This document shows, in pieces, positions 62,654 to 64,000 of a stretch of 64,000 bases of DNA. Origin of the DNA: Epiperipatus broadwayi. Its lineage: Eukaryota; Animalia; Onychophora. Numbering within the stretch: position 1 is the stretch's first letter; every line of letters begins with the position of its first letter. Location: the NCBI GenBank assembly GCA_028023455.1, contig JAQFVV010000002.1, forward strand, positions 4,650,001 through 4,714,000, given 5' to 3'. Under the pieces are notes generated by a model, which saw nothing but the letters and a program-made list of their open reading frames with translations, had not been told where the DNA came from and did no database searches. Position numbers and translations under genes: made by a program.

Positions 62654-64000
62654 TAACATATCAATTGTGTAAAATAACAAAAATGCAATTACATCAAAGA
62701 TAAAACTGATAAAGGAGGTTAATGTTAAATTCAGTATAGATATTTATACACAATATAAAAGATATAATTATTTATTGAAAAGAAATATATTTATGTATGG
62801 TGTATCAGATATAAACTTTATATGAGTATTGAAAATTGAAATTAGAGAACAACTGAGATAAAACTCTAAGGAGTTGCAGACTTCTTTACTAATATATCAT
62901 TAGGAATCCCTGTTTCTTCTTTTAGATTCTTTATATTTAGTTGAGAACTTTTTGACATTATTATATTATTTTCAAAACATTAGTTAGTAATAAAGCAAAA
63001 TAGGAAATTTTAATCCCTATATATATAGAGAGAGAGAACTTAGATAATTAACATTTCAGAATTTTACAGTTTGAATGTTTTGAATTCATAGTATACCATG
63101 CCTTCTTTATTTTTCTTCTTCATAAATTATGCTGGTATTATCATGGTGAAATGCATAGCCTTTGTCTATCTCATAGTTTAAAAAAACTAAATTCTAATTT
63201 TAAAAAAATCTTGTTCTGTTGTATAAATGTTTGTCTTGGATTACCTGATCACTAAATTTTCTCTGGTCTCCATGATATATTCAAAATAGCAATTGGGGCT
63301 GGAAAATACATCATATTTAATCATTCAGAAATATAGTTTGTTTTTTTCATTATAGTGAATTCTGTTGAAATTTAATGCTGCTTTGATATTGTATTAAAAA
63401 TATGTGATAGAGATATATATTTTTTCTGGGGTTTTTATTGATCAATATAAAGTTAATATATAACTAAATTTTATTATTAAACCTCATAAAAATGACCTAA
63501 AAATTCAAAAATATTTTCAACTGAATGTTATAAAATTAAAAGAAAAAATTGCTATTGTTTATGAAATATTGCCAAATTAAGTCTTAACTTTCATTCTTCG
63601 CTAACTTTCTTAACCTAAAATTTCAAATATATACATATATCTAATGGAAAAAACTTAAATTTAATAATTTTTATTAACTTTTTTAGGTACATCCAATATG
63701 TTTATAAATATAGGCACGTATATATATATTGTGTGTTTAGTGCACGGAATAGTGTATATCTTGAATTGTAGAATTTATGTTATAAAACTGAAAATTTATA
63801 TTTTTTATTGCTATCCATATTTTAATCTCTAAAAATATTGTTTTAAACATAATAGTTACATTTTTTAAAATAAAAATTATTATTTAATGAACTTCACCGT
63901 TTTAGATGTCACTTTACTCATCATTTTGAATATTTTATAACCCTGTTTAAGACAACGTTCAACATATCGGAAAGCTTTGCAAATTAAATTTTTCTGTTAG

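Noticed and set aside
26937-62680. Remaining 60-125-aa ORFs of the track in AT-rich sequence
   Set aside because: I/L/F/K/N/Y-biased translations expected by chance at this A+T content, many with non-ATG starts and no motifs or splice context.

Overview
Very AT-rich (roughly three-quarters A+T by eye), strongly CpG-depleted eukaryotic, probably animal, non-coding DNA. It is essentially a transposon graveyard, possibly within large introns of a minus-strand host gene: one exon candidate lies at 36580-36730. There is no complete protein-coding gene, rRNA, convincing functional tRNA or CRISPR array. The largest structure is a 10.7-kb LTR-bounded element (12432-23152; TG...CA ends, 4-bp TSD GTGA). 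It has unusually long ~3-kb LTRs, no recognisable pol, a disrupted ~700-codon orphan ORF and a degenerate repeat/spacer array abutting one LTR. The second theme is a dense set of Penelope-like/retrozyme-like repeats carrying minimal type I hammerhead ribozymes: about ten near-complete motifs plus broken ones, in at least two families, arranged as tandem ~410-430-nt units or fold-backs. Also present are a ~90-nt tRNA-Gly(TCC)-derived SINE with altered anticodons (3 copies), two non-autonomous hAT elements with TSDs, RTE, Mariner and other LINE/Penelope remnants, and several long hairpins. All alignments, folds and counts were done by hand; coordinates of degenerate remnants are approximate and no database searches were run. 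Nothing here is proven to be a new system. The best candidates are the giant-LTR element with its orphan cargo and the ribozyme lineages whose palindromic helix III appears to have survived CpG decay.
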